A DNA stretch of 64,000 nucleotides from the sequence record NZ_CP031419.1, one strand, 5' to 3'. The DNA comes from a plasmid. The position numbers and the translations under genes are program-made. Below, piece after piece: positions 1 to 10,119 of this stretch; position 1 is the first letter of the stretch; every line of letters starts with the position of its first letter. Under the pieces are notes generated by a model. The model was given only the letters and a program-made list of their open reading frames with translations. It was not told the origin of the DNA and ran no database searches.

Positions 1-10
1 CACCCTCACC

Positions 11-580
11 GTGCGCCGTGCGCTTCTGGTAGCCGTCGGGGGGTGGTCAGCCCTGCCCGTCTCTGAGGACATGGGGATGCTCGCGGGCCTGGACAGCCTG
101 GCCAGCGGGTACTTCTTGGCCAGGCCGGGCCTGGTGCGCCGCTCGCACCCAGGGCAGATGACCCGCACACCGGAGTTCGCCGGTCAGGTGGCCGCCTTGC
201 GGGGGTTCATCGCCGAACGCGCGACCGTCCTGCGCGGCCTTTTCCCCTCCGCCGAGGAAGACGCCGCCCAGGCGCGCCAGCTGCTCGGCCGGCGGCTGCG
301 CGACCTGCGCCGGGCGAGCAACCTGACGGGCCGGGATCTGGCGCACGAAGCAGGCTGGCATCCCTCGAAGGTCACCCGGACCGAGCAGGGCGGCCGGATG
401 CCCACGCCCGATGATCTGCGTACCTGGTGCGCGATCACCGGGGCCCAGCTACACCTCCAAGACCTTCTGGCCGCCGTCCGCAACGTCGATGCGGTCGCCG
501 TGGAGGCCCGGCGTGCCAGAGCGCGGCAACGAACCATCGGCGCGAGCCCGGACCGGAGCAGCCCTCGGAATGATGATTGA
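11..580 (+). CDS. XRE-family helix-turn-helix transcriptional regulator (may begin upstream of the window)
   Basis: HTH motif LRDLRRASNLTGRDLAHEAGWHPSKVTRTEQG typical of actinobacterial XRE proteins. The frame is open to position 1. An internal start near 158 (MTRTPEF) is possible. Confidence 0.6.
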   Translation: MRRALLVAVGGWSALPVSEDMGMLAGLDSLASGYFLARPGLVRRSHPGQMTRTPEFAGQVAALRGFIAERATVLRGLFPSAEEDAAQARQLLGRRLRDLRRASNLTGRDLAHEAGWHPSKVTRTEQGGRMPTPDDLRTWCAITGAQLHLQDLLAAVRNVDAVAVEARRARARQRTIGASPDRSSPRNDD

Positions 581-863
581 TCGAGAGCCCGGCCGCGCGG
601 CCACGATATCGGGCAGGATCGGCAGCGTGACCGATATCGCGGCCGCCGACGAGCGCGCAATCTTGGACCAGTTACGCAGGGCGCAGGACGCTCACCACGG
701 GGGCGATCAGCCCACCGCGAGCGCGTTGATAGACGACCTGCTGACCCGATACGGGCGCGAGACCGTGGACGCGGTGCGTTGGCGGCAGGCCCGTGACCAA
801 CTCGACGCAGATCTCAACCTGTACAGCATGTTCGGGACCGCCGGATTGATCGGCGACGACTAG
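570..863 (+). CDS. hypothetical protein (overlaps the stop of the XRE gene, ATGATGATTGA)
   Basis: ATG at 570/573 overlaps the upstream TGA. GC3 is about 75% from 570 onward. No recognisable domain. Confidence 0.3.
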   Translation: MMIDREPGRAATISGRIGSVTDIAAADERAILDQLRRAQDAHHGGDQPTASALIDDLLTRYGRETVDAVRWRQARDQLDADLNLYSMFGTAGLIGDD

Positions 864-1291
864 CCCCGCAGCCGCTCGACACCGATCCGGATCGTGGTGA
901 CGAACACCGCCGTCGCGGTGCGCGCGGCCGCACGCCGGTCCGCGACCGTCAGGGCCTCGCTCTGCGCGGCCAGCGTCGCCGCGTCGCCGCGTTCGGCGAC
1001 GGTCAGCGCCAACCGCCGGAACCCGATCGGCACCGGGCTATCAACGCTGTCGAGATCGGCCAAGTCCACCGGAAGCCCGCCCAAGGTGTCGATGACACCG
1101 ACACAAGCCAGCTCAACGAGCTGCGCCGTAGTCGGCGCGCTCTCGCCGACCAGCACCAAGAGCGGCTCCGGGCACGAGGGGCACTCGTCGTACGCGGCGC
1201 CGACGAGCTGGGCAAGTAAATCCGTGTCCACGCCCCATCCGGCCAGCTTGCCGGGTGGGACCTCGAACCCGCTGTGTCCGTGGTCAATCAC
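860..1291 (-). CDS. hypothetical protein
   Basis: 143-codon ORF with unbiased composition. It abuts the neighbouring gene. Confidence 0.35.
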   Translation of the reverse strand: MIDHGHSGFEVPPGKLAGWGVDTDLLAQLVGAAYDECPSCPEPLLVLVGESAPTTAQLVELACVGVIDTLGGLPVDLADLDSVDSPVPIGFRRLALTVAERGDAATLAAQSEALTVADRRAAARTATAVFVTTIRIGVERLRG

Positions 1292-1416
1292 ACGTAGATG
1301 GTGTCACCGATCAGCCCGGAAGTTCGGCCGAACGAGCACGAGAGCCCCAGGGCAGATGGCGCCGGGCTCCCACCCCGACCAATGCCGGGCGTGCCGGTGA
1401 GCCTTCCACGCCAGGA

Positions 1417-2087
1417 TCAGCGTCGCGGTTTCCTCGCGGTGAACAACGTGACATCTCCTACCTCGCTGAGATTCACCTCGGCGAAGGCGCTTCTCAGCGC
1501 CGTCTCCAGTCCGGCGTGGTCGTCCGCTGCGTTGTTGAACGCCCCGACCTCGGTGTAGATCGCAGTCAACACCCGGCCGAACAGCGTGCTGGACTTCCGG
1601 TTGAGGATGGTCGATCCGAACAGCACGCCGTCGTCGGCGAGCACCTGGGCGAGATGAGCGAACGCCACACCTTTCTCACCGAAATCGCCCGGTAGGCAGT
1701 GAAGAACGAAGTTGATCCCGATCGAGTCGAACCCAACCCCAGCGCTTTCGGGCACGGGGTCTAGAACGCTTGCTGCGACGGTACGAACGTCGCAGCTCCT
1801 ACCCTCCAGCCGACGGCGAGTATGCGCCAGCGGCTCCGGGTTCAGATCCATCAGCGTGACGGCGGACTCCGGGGGCAGCTCGGCGTTGGCCAGGTACCAC
1901 CCGGAACCCGGGCCCACCTCGAGGTGCTTCCGGCCGATGAACCGGTTGTACTGGTCCAGCATGACCTCTGCCGGGCATTGCCAGGCGAACCGGTCCGACA
2001 GCTTGATGACCCACAAGTCGTAGACCGCCAAGAACGCGGGCGTATACGGCTCTGCGGCGATGCGGGCGGCATCCTTGCCTGCCATGG
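1417..2087 (-). CDS. class I SAM-dependent methyltransferase
   Basis: Motif LEVGPGSGW (SAM-binding motif I). GGAGGA RBS 5 nt before the ATG at 2087. The internal start is preferred over the longer track ORF. Confidence 0.8.
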
Positions 2088-2390
2088 GTCCTCCCAGCTC
2101 AAGGAACGGGTCCGTCCGTCTGGAACCCTCACAACGCCAGCTGACCATGCTGGCGCAGTCCGGGCCCAGGATCTCACACACCCTGGCCACTCGGCGCAGA
2201 TCGCATTGCCTCGCACCCGGAAGAGATCATTGTGCGTTAATGTATCTAAAGAGTCTATAGACACCAACGAGGAAGGAGGCCGCTATCGAAGTGGACGCTG
2301 TGGCACACCCACGACCGTGGCCAGCAGCGATTCATCTTGGTTAACCGAAATCAGCGTGTCGCGTGCTCCGGCGCGACTCTCCATGCAAGG

Positions 2391-2660
2391 ATGTCGCACA
2401 TGGCTGGAGTAAAGCGCCTGTCTTACTCACGAAAGACGTACGGCTTCAAGCTGCATCAGAACGTCGACAAACTGATCGACGAGTTGGCCGCCGCCGAAAC
2501 TGGAGGCGACCGGAGCAGGTTGCTGACGTTGCTGGTGTGCGAGAGGCGCGGCGTCCCGGTCGACGAGATCCTCGTTCCCGATGAGAACGGCCAGGAGTCA
2601 CTACTCGACGGCACCACGAAAAAGGAGGTCACAAGGAAGCACCGACAATCGGTCGCATAG
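2391..2660 (+). CDS. small hypothetical protein
   Basis: MSHMAGVKRLSYSRKTYGFKLHQNVDKLIDELAAAE. GC3 about 72%. Lies downstream of a TTTAGATACA promoter box. Confidence 0.45.
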   Translation: MSHMAGVKRLSYSRKTYGFKLHQNVDKLIDELAAAETGGDRSRLLTLLVCERRGVPVDEILVPDENGQESLLDGTTKKEVTRKHRQSVA

Positions 2661-2857
2661 TCCGGGGCTAGCTCACGCCAGCACGCCCTGAAGACCAGCG
2701 GAGACCAAAGACCACAAACTGAACAATCGACCGGGTTAACCACATGGACGGAAGCCCTCAGCCACGCCTAGCCGAGAGCTCCCGGTTCGTCCATGGGGGA
2801 TGAGCATTCGCCTTCTCATCTCCACGGTGTACCCCCTCAGCAACGAAAGGCCATCCC

Positions 2858-4735
2858 TTGCTGAAGGAACCCAGGGTCGAGGATACCGCACGCCCGAAAT
2901 CCGGTTCAACCGAAACCGCAGAGTGTGTCGAAAACTCACCCTCCTCAAACCGAAGCGGCAGCCCACCAGGGCCACCATCACAGCTCAGATTGCGCGAGTT
3001 GGACCATGTCCTCTACTCCGGTCCCTACGTTCTCATCGACGCCGACAACCATTCGCCGCGCCGGACCCGGTCTCTCGACAGGGCGTACGCCGCGATCGAC
3101 GCCGGCGAGGTTGCTACGGCTGGTGGGACTCTCCGGCCTGGCAACGTCGGCGCAGACATCGACCCCCTCCCAGAGCACGCTGTGCTCGGTGACGCGGTCG
3201 CCGAGGTACTCGTCGGGTGGCTCCACGATCAGGGCATCTTCTACCTGGCGCGTGAGTCCGGTCGGCCCGGAGGTCGGCACGTTGTAGGCGTCGGCGCATC
3301 GCCGGACCAGATGGAGGAATGGAACCGCCTGTGCGCCGATACCGCGCAAGCGTTCGGCGTTCCGGTCGACGACCGCTCTGGCGGCGTGCTGAGACTGCTC
3401 GCCGCCCCGCACCGCAAGGGATACTCCGCACCTGTTCTCGGCGGAACGCTGACGCTGAACGCCCCCACCGTGAGGACGCGAGCCAGCCGGGTCCGCGGTG
3501 CGCGGCCGGCGCGTCGACGGCCTTCGCCTAGCTCTCGCCCGGCGCCCGCTGGTCCCGACACCTCCCGCTCTGCGCGGGAGTACGGGCAAGTCTGCGCCAT
3601 GATCCGCCGTGGATGCACCCCTGCCGAGGCGTGGCGGGCCCAGAACCGCCCCGGATCGAAAGCTTCCGAGCGTGGAGAGCACCGGTGGCGGCGCTTCGTC
3701 TGGCTCGATGCCCACACCACCGTGTGCGCCGAGGAAGGGCTTACGCCGGAGCAAGCATGGCAGCGGGTCAGCGCAGCAAGTCCGGCCGTGTGCCGCAAGA
3801 TCGGACGGCGAGCATGGCAGCGCCTCTGGGAGCGTGCGGTCGAGCAGGCGGCCATTCAGCGGCCGCGCCGGCGGCGCCTGCCGTCCGACACTGTGAATAG
3901 GTCGACGGGAGCGGACAACGCGCGGATCGCCGCTGTCGCAGCGGGCCTCAAAACAGCACTCGATGCGACAGATCTGGGCGTGCGCCCCCAACGACGGAGG
4001 AACTGCGAGATTCTGCTGCTGAACCTCGCGCCGGTCTTCGTCAGGCGGGAGGGTTCAATCTCGGTGCGGGATATCGCTCTTCGTGCGGGCATCGACGTGA
4101 AAACGGTCCGGGTGTGCCGCGACCTACTCATCGCCCACGGACTTCTCGCGACGACGCACCACTACGCAGGCGGCGCGTCGGACAGCCACGCTTACGCGAT
4201 GGGACCAGCGGCCCGTCCTTACGTCGACGACGCAGTTTCGAAAATTTCCCCCACTTGTCCGAAGGACACCCCCCTCCCCCCAACGCCCTCCGGCCGCGCC
4301 GACCGCTCCCTCCTCCGCTCCCGCTTCCGCCGTGAACGCCACCACTGGCGCATCCGCTGCGCAGCCCTAGCCGACCTACCCCCTGGTGAATCCCTGGCCA
4401 GCAGCTCGTCACCCGCGGTGAAGGCGTACCGCTCGCTGCGCTACCAGCAGCGCTGGTGGCGCAGCCTGTCGTGCGACGACCAGGAGGCGCGTCGGGCTGC
4501 CAGGCGCGCGACACTCGAGGCGCTGACCCCCAGCGCCCGCTCGGCCTGGTTCAACTGGCTGGACCGGCGGAACAGCCTGGTGGCCGTGGTTGATCGGGCT
4601 GCCGCCGGAACCTTCACTTCGACCGACCGATCTGTCCTGGCTGCTGCGCCTCGAACTGTGCACACGGGGCTGCAAGACCCCAGCTGGCAGCCCTGCCGCC
4701 CTCGGAGCAGACAGCTCGTCTTGGCGGCGGCTTAG
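2858..4735 (+). CDS. putative replication initiator (primase-polymerase-like DxD motif plus C-terminal winged-helix domain)
   Basis: TTG start with GAAAGG RBS. LIDADN (hhhDhD-like) motif and a C-terminal wHTH-like segment (SVRDIALRAGIDVKTVRVCRDLLIAHGLL). Sits next to a repeat-rich candidate origin. Confidence 0.5.
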   Translation: MLKEPRVEDTARPKSGSTETAECVENSPSSNRSGSPPGPPSQLRLRELDHVLYSGPYVLIDADNHSPRRTRSLDRAYAAIDAGEVATAGGTLRPGNVGADIDPLPEHAVLGDAVAEVLVGWLHDQGIFYLARESGRPGGRHVVGVGASPDQMEEWNRLCADTAQAFGVPVDDRSGGVLRLLAAPHRKGYSAPVLGGTLTLNAPTVRTRASRVRGARPARRRPSPSSRPAPAGPDTSRSAREYGQVCAMIRRGCTPAEAWRAQNRPGSKASERGEHRWRRFVWLDAHTTVCAEEGLTPEQAWQRVSAASPAVCRKIGRRAWQRLWERAVEQAAIQRPRRRRLPSDTVNRSTGADNARIAAVAAGLKTALDATDLGVRPQRRRNCEILLLNLAPVFVRREGSISVRDIALRAGIDVKTVRVCRDLLIAHGLLATTHHYAGGASDSHAYAMGPAARPYVDDAVSKISPTCPKDTPLPPTPSGRADRSLLRSRFRRERHHWRIRCAALADLPPGESLASSSSPAVKAYRSLRYQQRWWRSLSCDDQEARRAARRATLEALTPSARSAWFNWLDRRNSLVAVVDRAAAGTFTSTDRSVLAAAPRTVHTGLQDPSWQPCRPRSRQLVLAAA

Positions 4736-5422
4736 GCTAGACGGGGGTACTGAGCGCGCGGCGGATCGTAACCGGCAGGTGGAGGTCCGATAGCTTTGGA
4801 AGAGCCGTGAGCCCCGGCACTATTGGGGCTCTGCGGGCTTGTGGCGGACACGGACGCGGCGAGGGTAACGACTGAACTCTGACACGGTCCAGCGGGTTGA
4901 GCAGTGCCGGTGTCGGGCTCCGTCGGCTGGGCCGTACGGCATACACACCGCGTGAGCAGGGAGGCCAGGCGACCGGACTGGGCCCAGCAGTGCGAGCCGC
5001 CTCGCGCCTCGAACCTGATGTGGCGGGTCGAACGGTTCGAGCTGCGTGCTCAAGAGCGAAACTTCCCACACAACTTCGGAGTTGGGCCGGTTAAGGAGTG
5101 TTCGGTGCCAGCGGAAACTTCCCACACCGCGAATATCGGGTAAACCACGGTTTACCCGAGCCCGGGTTGAATCCGGCGCTGACGTCAGCAGGTCGAAGAA
5201 CTTCACTACGTGCGTGAGGTCGCAGGCCAGAGTGGAAACTTCCCACACTGACCACAATCTCAAAACGTCCGTTTTGGAAGCGTGGCAGGGCCGCGTGAAC
5301 GGCAAGGATTCCGCCGAGCCCTTCCGGGTCGACCGGCGACCGAGGGCCTCAGCGCGTCGTCACAGTGACGAAATGGTTTGGGGGAAGGCAGTGGTTGGTA
5401 AACGCAGTCTCTCGGCCCAACT

Positions 5423-5716
5423 TCAGGTTTGGTTCGAGGGGACCTCGGGCATGCGTCCGTGTTCGTCGGGTCGCGGCACGCCGGCCGAATCGAGCCAGGC
5501 GTTGACGGCATCGTCTACGGTCTTAGAGATGACGTAGCCGCGCTTCTTGATCCAGTCGAGACGAGCGATCGTCGAAGCATGGAGTTGCGTCCCAAACTGC
5601 TTCTTGCCGACGCCTTTTCGAACCGGCAGCTCCACGGCCGCGGCTACTGAGGAATCTCCGCTGGTAGGTGTACTGCGCGAAGCATTCACGGTAACTCCTC
5701 CAATGAAGATGGACAT
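5423..5716 (-). CDS. small putative DNA-binding protein, divergent from parA
   Basis: KKQFGTQLHASTIARLDWIKKRGYVISKTVDDAVNAWL resembles small RHH/partition-regulator proteins. The N-terminal 25 codons have low GC3, so the start is uncertain. Confidence 0.35.
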   Translation of the reverse strand: MSIFIGGVTVNASRSTPTSGDSSVAAAVELPVRKGVGKKQFGTQLHASTIARLDWIKKRGYVISKTVDDAVNAWLDSAGVPRPDEHGRMPEVPSNQT

Positions 5717-5877
5717 CCGGTTCTTCAGTGCGGTTTCGGCGAATCGCCGCCGTAGCCGTTGACACTAGAAAACTATCTTATATCCTCTCTTACAGTCGCA
5801 GTTACCACCGCGGCGATTCTCAAACCCAAATCCGAAGTAGCCCACACGATGTGGGCGAAGTACACGGAGGTAGAACC

Positions 5878-6591
5878 ATGGCATACGTCGAGGTTGTTCT
5901 GAATCAGAAGGGTGGCGTCGGCAAGTCCACGCTCACCGTCAACCTGGCGGCCACCACCGCGGATGCGCTGTCGAGCTCGGAGCCGGGCACCATCTCTCCC
6001 GTTGCGGCGGTCAGCATCGACCCCCAGGGGTCGGCAGTCTGGTGGGCAGACCGAGTTGCGGATCTGCCGTTTCATATCGTCCAGGCGCACAATGACATTG
6101 AAGGACTGCGCGCTCTCCGGAACAGCAGCAGCATCGACCACTTCTACGTCGACACCCCAGGCTGGATCGGCCACGACGAAGATGACGAAGCAGCTGCCGA
6201 CCCTCTCGGCAAGGGGCCCGCGGCCGAGGCGCTGCGCGCTGTGCTCGAATCCGCTGACCACGTGATCGTGCCGATCGAGCCCGAGCCGCTCGCGTTCGAT
6301 CCGACGGCTCGGACAATCGAGAAGGTCATCAAGCCGCGTGGGTTGGATTTCCTTGTCGTAGTCAACAACTGGGACCCACGAGACGGTATGGCGGACTTGG
6401 AGCAGACCAAGGACTACGTCAAGGCCAACGGGTGGCCTCTCGCGAATACCGTGATCCGCCACTACAAGGTTCACGCACGTGCCGCAGCCGAAGGCACCGT
6501 GGTGACGGAGTACCCGCGCAACCGAGTTAGCTTGGAAGCGCGTGCCGATTTCAGCAAGCTCGCTCTTGAGCTCAAGGCCGGGGCTCGCTGA
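5878..6591 (+). CDS. parA: ParA partition ATPase
   Basis: Deviant Walker A motif VVLNQKGGVGKSTLTVNLA. GGAGG RBS before the ATG at 5878. 1-nt overlap with parB (TGATG). Confidence 0.9.
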   Translation: MAYVEVVLNQKGGVGKSTLTVNLAATTADALSSSEPGTISPVAAVSIDPQGSAVWWADRVADLPFHIVQAHNDIEGLRALRNSSSIDHFYVDTPGWIGHDEDDEAAADPLGKGPAAEALRAVLESADHVIVPIEPEPLAFDPTARTIEKVIKPRGLDFLVVVNNWDPRDGMADLEQTKDYVKANGWPLANTVIRHYKVHARAAAEGTVVTEYPRNRVSLEARADFSKLALELKAGAR

Positions 6592-7508
6592 TGGCCGGCC
6601 GGGGCGGTCGTGCGAACCTCGCCGACCTGGTTGGTTCCACTGGGAAGAACTCCACGGTCGACGGTGTGAACGCACGAGCCAGTTCGCCTGCAAAAGGGTC
6701 GACACCCGAGGTGGTGGTCAATGGGGCGCCACTGGAGATCAAGCTGGAAGATCTCGTGGCGAATCCGTTGAACCCGCGCGAGATCATGGATGTGGACGAT
6801 CTCGCTTCTATCATCGAGATTCAGCTGCAACCGGCATTGATCATCGGCCGAGAGGCGTACCTGAAGCTCTGGCCCGAGCTGGAGTCGGAGCTGGGTGATG
6901 CCAAGTATGTCGTCATCAACGGTTGCCGACGTCTGGAGGCTGCCCGAAAGTTCGGCCGGACGACCCTTGAGTGCGTTCGCAAAGACGAAGTCGCTGACTC
7001 GAGAGCGAGTCTGCGAGCGGCGTCCATCCGAGAGAACGTCGAACGGGAGAACCTCGACGTAATCGAAGAGGCGAAGGCCGTCGAGGCGTTGGTTTCGGAC
7101 TGCGAGGGCAACGGAGCGCGGGCCGGGCAGATCCTCGGCAAGACGAAAATGTGGGTGTCTCAACGCCGGGCGCTTCTAAAGCTCACACCGGAGCTTCAGG
7201 CGAAGCTTCGGGCGGGCGAGCTTGCTATCCGAGAAGCCCGAGAACTCGGCCGAGTTCCCGCTGAGGAACAGGTCGCCCGCTGGAAGGCTCAGCTGGAGAA
7301 GAAGGAGAGGGAGCAAGAGGGCGAGACGTCGGAGTCGAATACGTCGAGGCGCGATGTCGACACCGTGAAGATCGTCAAGACGCTCAAGAAGTGGGACGCG
7401 GACACTGCGGTTCTCGCCTCCGCGCTCTTCGTGCATCTCGATCGAGGTGGTGTGCACGAGTTGATCGAGCAGCTAAATCAGATGGCTACGTCGAAGGAAG
7501 GCGAGTAG
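6591..7508 (+). CDS. parB: ParB/Spo0J partition protein
   Basis: ParB box VVINGCRRLEAARKFG and an NPREIM motif. Followed by a perfect 14-bp hairpin. Confidence 0.9.
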   Translation: MAGRGGRANLADLVGSTGKNSTVDGVNARASSPAKGSTPEVVVNGAPLEIKLEDLVANPLNPREIMDVDDLASIIEIQLQPALIIGREAYLKLWPELESELGDAKYVVINGCRRLEAARKFGRTTLECVRKDEVADSRASLRAASIRENVERENLDVIEEAKAVEALVSDCEGNGARAGQILGKTKMWVSQRRALLKLTPELQAKLRAGELAIREARELGRVPAEEQVARWKAQLEKKEREQEGETSESNTSRRDVDTVKIVKTLKKWDADTAVLASALFVHLDRGGVHELIEQLNQMATSKEGE

Positions 7509-7535
7509 TTCCTCGTCCTCTGTGTGGGAAGTTTC

Positions 7536-7567
7536 GGGGCCGGTAGACCAATGGTCTACCGGCCCCG
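7536..7567 (+). terminator. hairpin after parB (GGGGCCGGTAGACC aatg GGTCTACCGGCCCC)
   Basis: Perfect 14-bp inverted repeat immediately 3' of the parB stop. Confidence 0.5.
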
Positions 7568-7835
7568 ACTCAATTCACGTGATCAATTCGTCTAGTCGCG
7601 CGATGCGCTCCATGCGGTAAACCGCGGTTTACCCGGAGTGTCCGTGACTGCTGCCGGTGGCCCGCCGTCTCTGGACCTTCCGTCGGGTCCGACGCATGGA
7701 ATGCGAGCTGTTGGCGAAACTTCCCACACAACCTCTTCGGCGAGTAAACCGCGGTTTACCGTATGGCCCCACACCCGGCCATCGGCCACAGGGCGAGAAC
7801 TTCCCACACAAACTTCAATGGGGGTAAACCGCGGT

Positions 7836-8786
7836 TTACCCCCACATCGCCAGCACTCGGTCGGCTTCCGCTTCTGCCGCATCGAGCAGGGCTTCGACGT
7901 CAGCCATGGATTCCACTGCGCGCCGCCGGGCTGCGAGACCATGGTCAAAGTGGTCGTTACCGAGGGGTGGGCACTGGCTCTCGAAGGTGGGGTCATGGAC
8001 GAGGTCGACGCCGTCGTCTCGACGGCGTTTCCGTGGGCGATGGGTTGGCACTCTGCCGAGAATGTGCGCGGCGGTGATTACCCCGATCGAGCCGGGGGTG
8101 AGTGGCGAGGGATCGAGAGCCGGGCTACCGTCCCGGTCGAGGGCAAAGAGCAGCGGGCCTGTGGTGTGGGCCGCAGCGGATATGCGCTCAGGGAGCGTCT
8201 CGCGCTCGAGGTGCTGCTCCAGGAGATAGGTCGCGGTCGGCCGGTGCACGACAGCGAGGACTGCCGCCCAACGTCGGAAAGCGGCGACGGGGCAGATCGC
8301 GCGGTCGTCAGCGGCACGAAGGACTACGAGGGGCCCGGCGCCGATCTCGATGCGGTCCGAGCGGATCGCGACCTCGGATCGGTCAAGTCCTGCGATGAGC
8401 GGAAAGGAGAGGCCGGAGCGGGCTAGGTGGAGCAAGACCGCGTCGCGGCGGCCGAATAGCCCCGCAGGCCAGCCCCAGGTAGGAAGGTTCGGCAGGGCCG
8501 CTTCGATTAGTCCGTGAAGCCGCTCGGTCCTGGCGGCGCGGGCAGGATTCATCAAGTTGCGGACGTATGGTGATCGGCCGGGTGCGGGAAATCCAGCATT
8601 GCGGTGCGCCCAGTTGATGGCACTGAGGCGGCCTCGTTGGGTTGACGGTGCCGCCGGCGCGGACGCCAGGTACTCGCCGACCGCGCTCGGGTCGGCGGGC
8701 ATCGGCGTATGGCCATGCACGGCGCACCAGTCAGCGAAGCGGGAGTAGTCATAGCGGTAGCGCGCGGTGAGGGCATCGCTCACCAT
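7836..8786 (-). CDS. tyrosine recombinase-like protein with truncated or degenerate C-terminus
   Basis: N-terminal SAM-like core-binding domain (YRYDYSRFADWCAVHG, QRGRLSAINWAHRNAG) and an Arg-I box (GLFGRRDAVLLHLA). The HxxR...Y catalytic tail is not recognisable. 7-nt overlap with the upstream integrase gene. Confidence 0.5.
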   Translation of the reverse strand: MVSDALTARYRYDYSRFADWCAVHGHTPMPADPSAVGEYLASAPAAPSTQRGRLSAINWAHRNAGFPAPGRSPYVRNLMNPARAARTERLHGLIEAALPNLPTWGWPAGLFGRRDAVLLHLARSGLSFPLIAGLDRSEVAIRSDRIEIGAGPLVVLRAADDRAICPVAAFRRWAAVLAVVHRPTATYLLEQHLERETLPERISAAAHTTGPLLFALDRDGSPALDPSPLTPGSIGVITAAHILGRVPTHRPRKRRRDDGVDLVHDPTFESQCPPLGNDHFDHGLAARRRAVESMADVEALLDAAEAEADRVLAMWG

Positions 8787-10072
8787 GGCAGCCGGGTGGC
8801 GGCGTTGCCGACCAGAGGAGCGTGTTCACGGGCATACACCCGGAGCATGGAGACTGACTTGTGTCGGGTTTGGCGCTGGATCTCGTAGTCGCTGGCGCCG
8901 AGTCGGTAGCCCTGCGTAACGAAGCCGCTGCGAAGGGAATGGCCCGCGAATAAGGCTGCGGTCTCTTTGTCGTACCCGACTGCCATTAATCGGCGGCGCA
9001 GCATATCGCCGACGGCTTCGGCCGTCAGCGCGGTAGATGCGATGTTCCCGTGGCGGTCGACCGCACGGAAGGCGGGGTTTCGCGAATTGGTGAGTTCGGG
9101 CCAGCGGCCGCGGCATACGTGCCGCTCGCAGTAGTCGTCGGTCTTGTTCAGCAGCTCCTGCACAGCAATGCGACCGCCGGCGTCGCGCGCTGCCACGAGG
9201 TCGAGCCAGCGCCGCCACGCGCACGGCGGGCATGTTGCGGGCTCGCTGCCCCGTGGGAGTGCGACCACCACTTCCTCTTCCTGCGATCCCTTCGAGATTC
9301 GCAGCCGGACGTGGAGGCCGTCGAGCCTGTGCGGAGTGATGTCCTCAAGCCAGCGCTCGGTCATCTCCGAGGCACGGAACGCGCCAGTGAACCCCATCAG
9401 CAGCAGTGCGGCGTCGCGGTGGGCGGCGATGCGCTGAGCGTCGTTCACCGCCTGGCGGCGGGCCTGGGTGACGAGCTCGCGCACGTCGTCGACGAGTACC
9501 GGTTCGGCGCGTTTGGGGCGGCGCTCGCCCTTCTCTCGGCAGGCCCTCCGGATGCCGGTCAGTACCTCGGCGACGATCCGTGCCGAGCCCGGATGCGGGT
9601 AGCCGGCCGCCCGGTGGCGGTCCCCGATCGCGGCAACCCATCGGGTGAGGGTCGGCGGAGCGTAGCGGCGTCGTCCTTTGCTATCGCGCAGTACGGCGGC
9701 TTCGCTGATGTAGAGGGCCACGGTGAGTGGATGGGCGGGCAGCGCCTGGTGCCCCTGCGTAGCGTTCACCGCGCACCAGCGCTCGAACCGCCGCCAGTCC
9801 GTCGCGTAGGAGCGAATCGTGTTGCGGGCCTGGGCGGTGGCGGTGGACTCCCCGATGAGCCGGAGATCCTCGCTTGACAGCGACGGCAGCGGCGCCAATG
9901 CCAATTCCGCGTCGGAGTCCACATCGGCAATTCCAAGAGGCGTCAGCACCTCCCGAATGCGGTCGATCTCCGCGTCGGCCAGCGCCGGTGCTGCCGCCTG
10001 GCGGTAGACCTCGATCTCCTTGCCGGTCATGTGGAGGAGCTTAGCCGTGTGGGCCGACATCCTCACTGGCAC
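8780..10072 (-). CDS. tyrosine-type site-specific recombinase/integrase
   Basis: RASEM Arg box, GHSLRSGFVTQ (HxxR) and RHKSVSMLRVY with the catalytic Tyr. Confidence 0.85.
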   Translation of the reverse strand: MPVRMSAHTAKLLHMTGKEIEVYRQAAAPALADAEIDRIREVLTPLGIADVDSDAELALAPLPSLSSEDLRLIGESTATAQARNTIRSYATDWRRFERWCAVNATQGHQALPAHPLTVALYISEAAVLRDSKGRRRYAPPTLTRWVAAIGDRHRAAGYPHPGSARIVAEVLTGIRRACREKGERRPKRAEPVLVDDVRELVTQARRQAVNDAQRIAAHRDAALLLMGFTGAFRASEMTERWLEDITPHRLDGLHVRLRISKGSQEEEVVVALPRGSEPATCPPCAWRRWLDLVAARDAGGRIAVQELLNKTDDYCERHVCRGRWPELTNSRNPAFRAVDRHGNIASTALTAEAVGDMLRRRLMAVGYDKETAALFAGHSLRSGFVTQGYRLGASDYEIQRQTRHKSVSMLRVYAREHAPLVGNAATRLPW

Positions 10073-10119
10073 AAAACGTTCTGTGTCGGCGGATTGGAAG
10101 AGGCCCCGAAGTGTCGAGG

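Noticed and set aside
411-863. Single frameshifted XRE-DUF5753-type gene spanning 11-863
   Set aside because: The second ORF does not resemble the usual C-terminal domain. A start at ATG 570 overlapping the first stop fits two genes, and the frameshift idea is kept only as a low-probability alternative.
5138-5185. tRNA-like T-arm (CCCGGGTTGAATCCGG)
   Set aside because: No acceptor, D or anticodon stems around it. The loop has G where the conserved C56 should be. It overlaps the parS-like palindrome.
4737-5305. Short ORFs in the rep-parA intergenic region (for example 4820-5305)
   Set aside because: They translate the iteron repeats (recurring WEVS from GTGTGGGAAGTTTC) and have no coding bias. 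The region is better explained as an origin/centromere repeat array.
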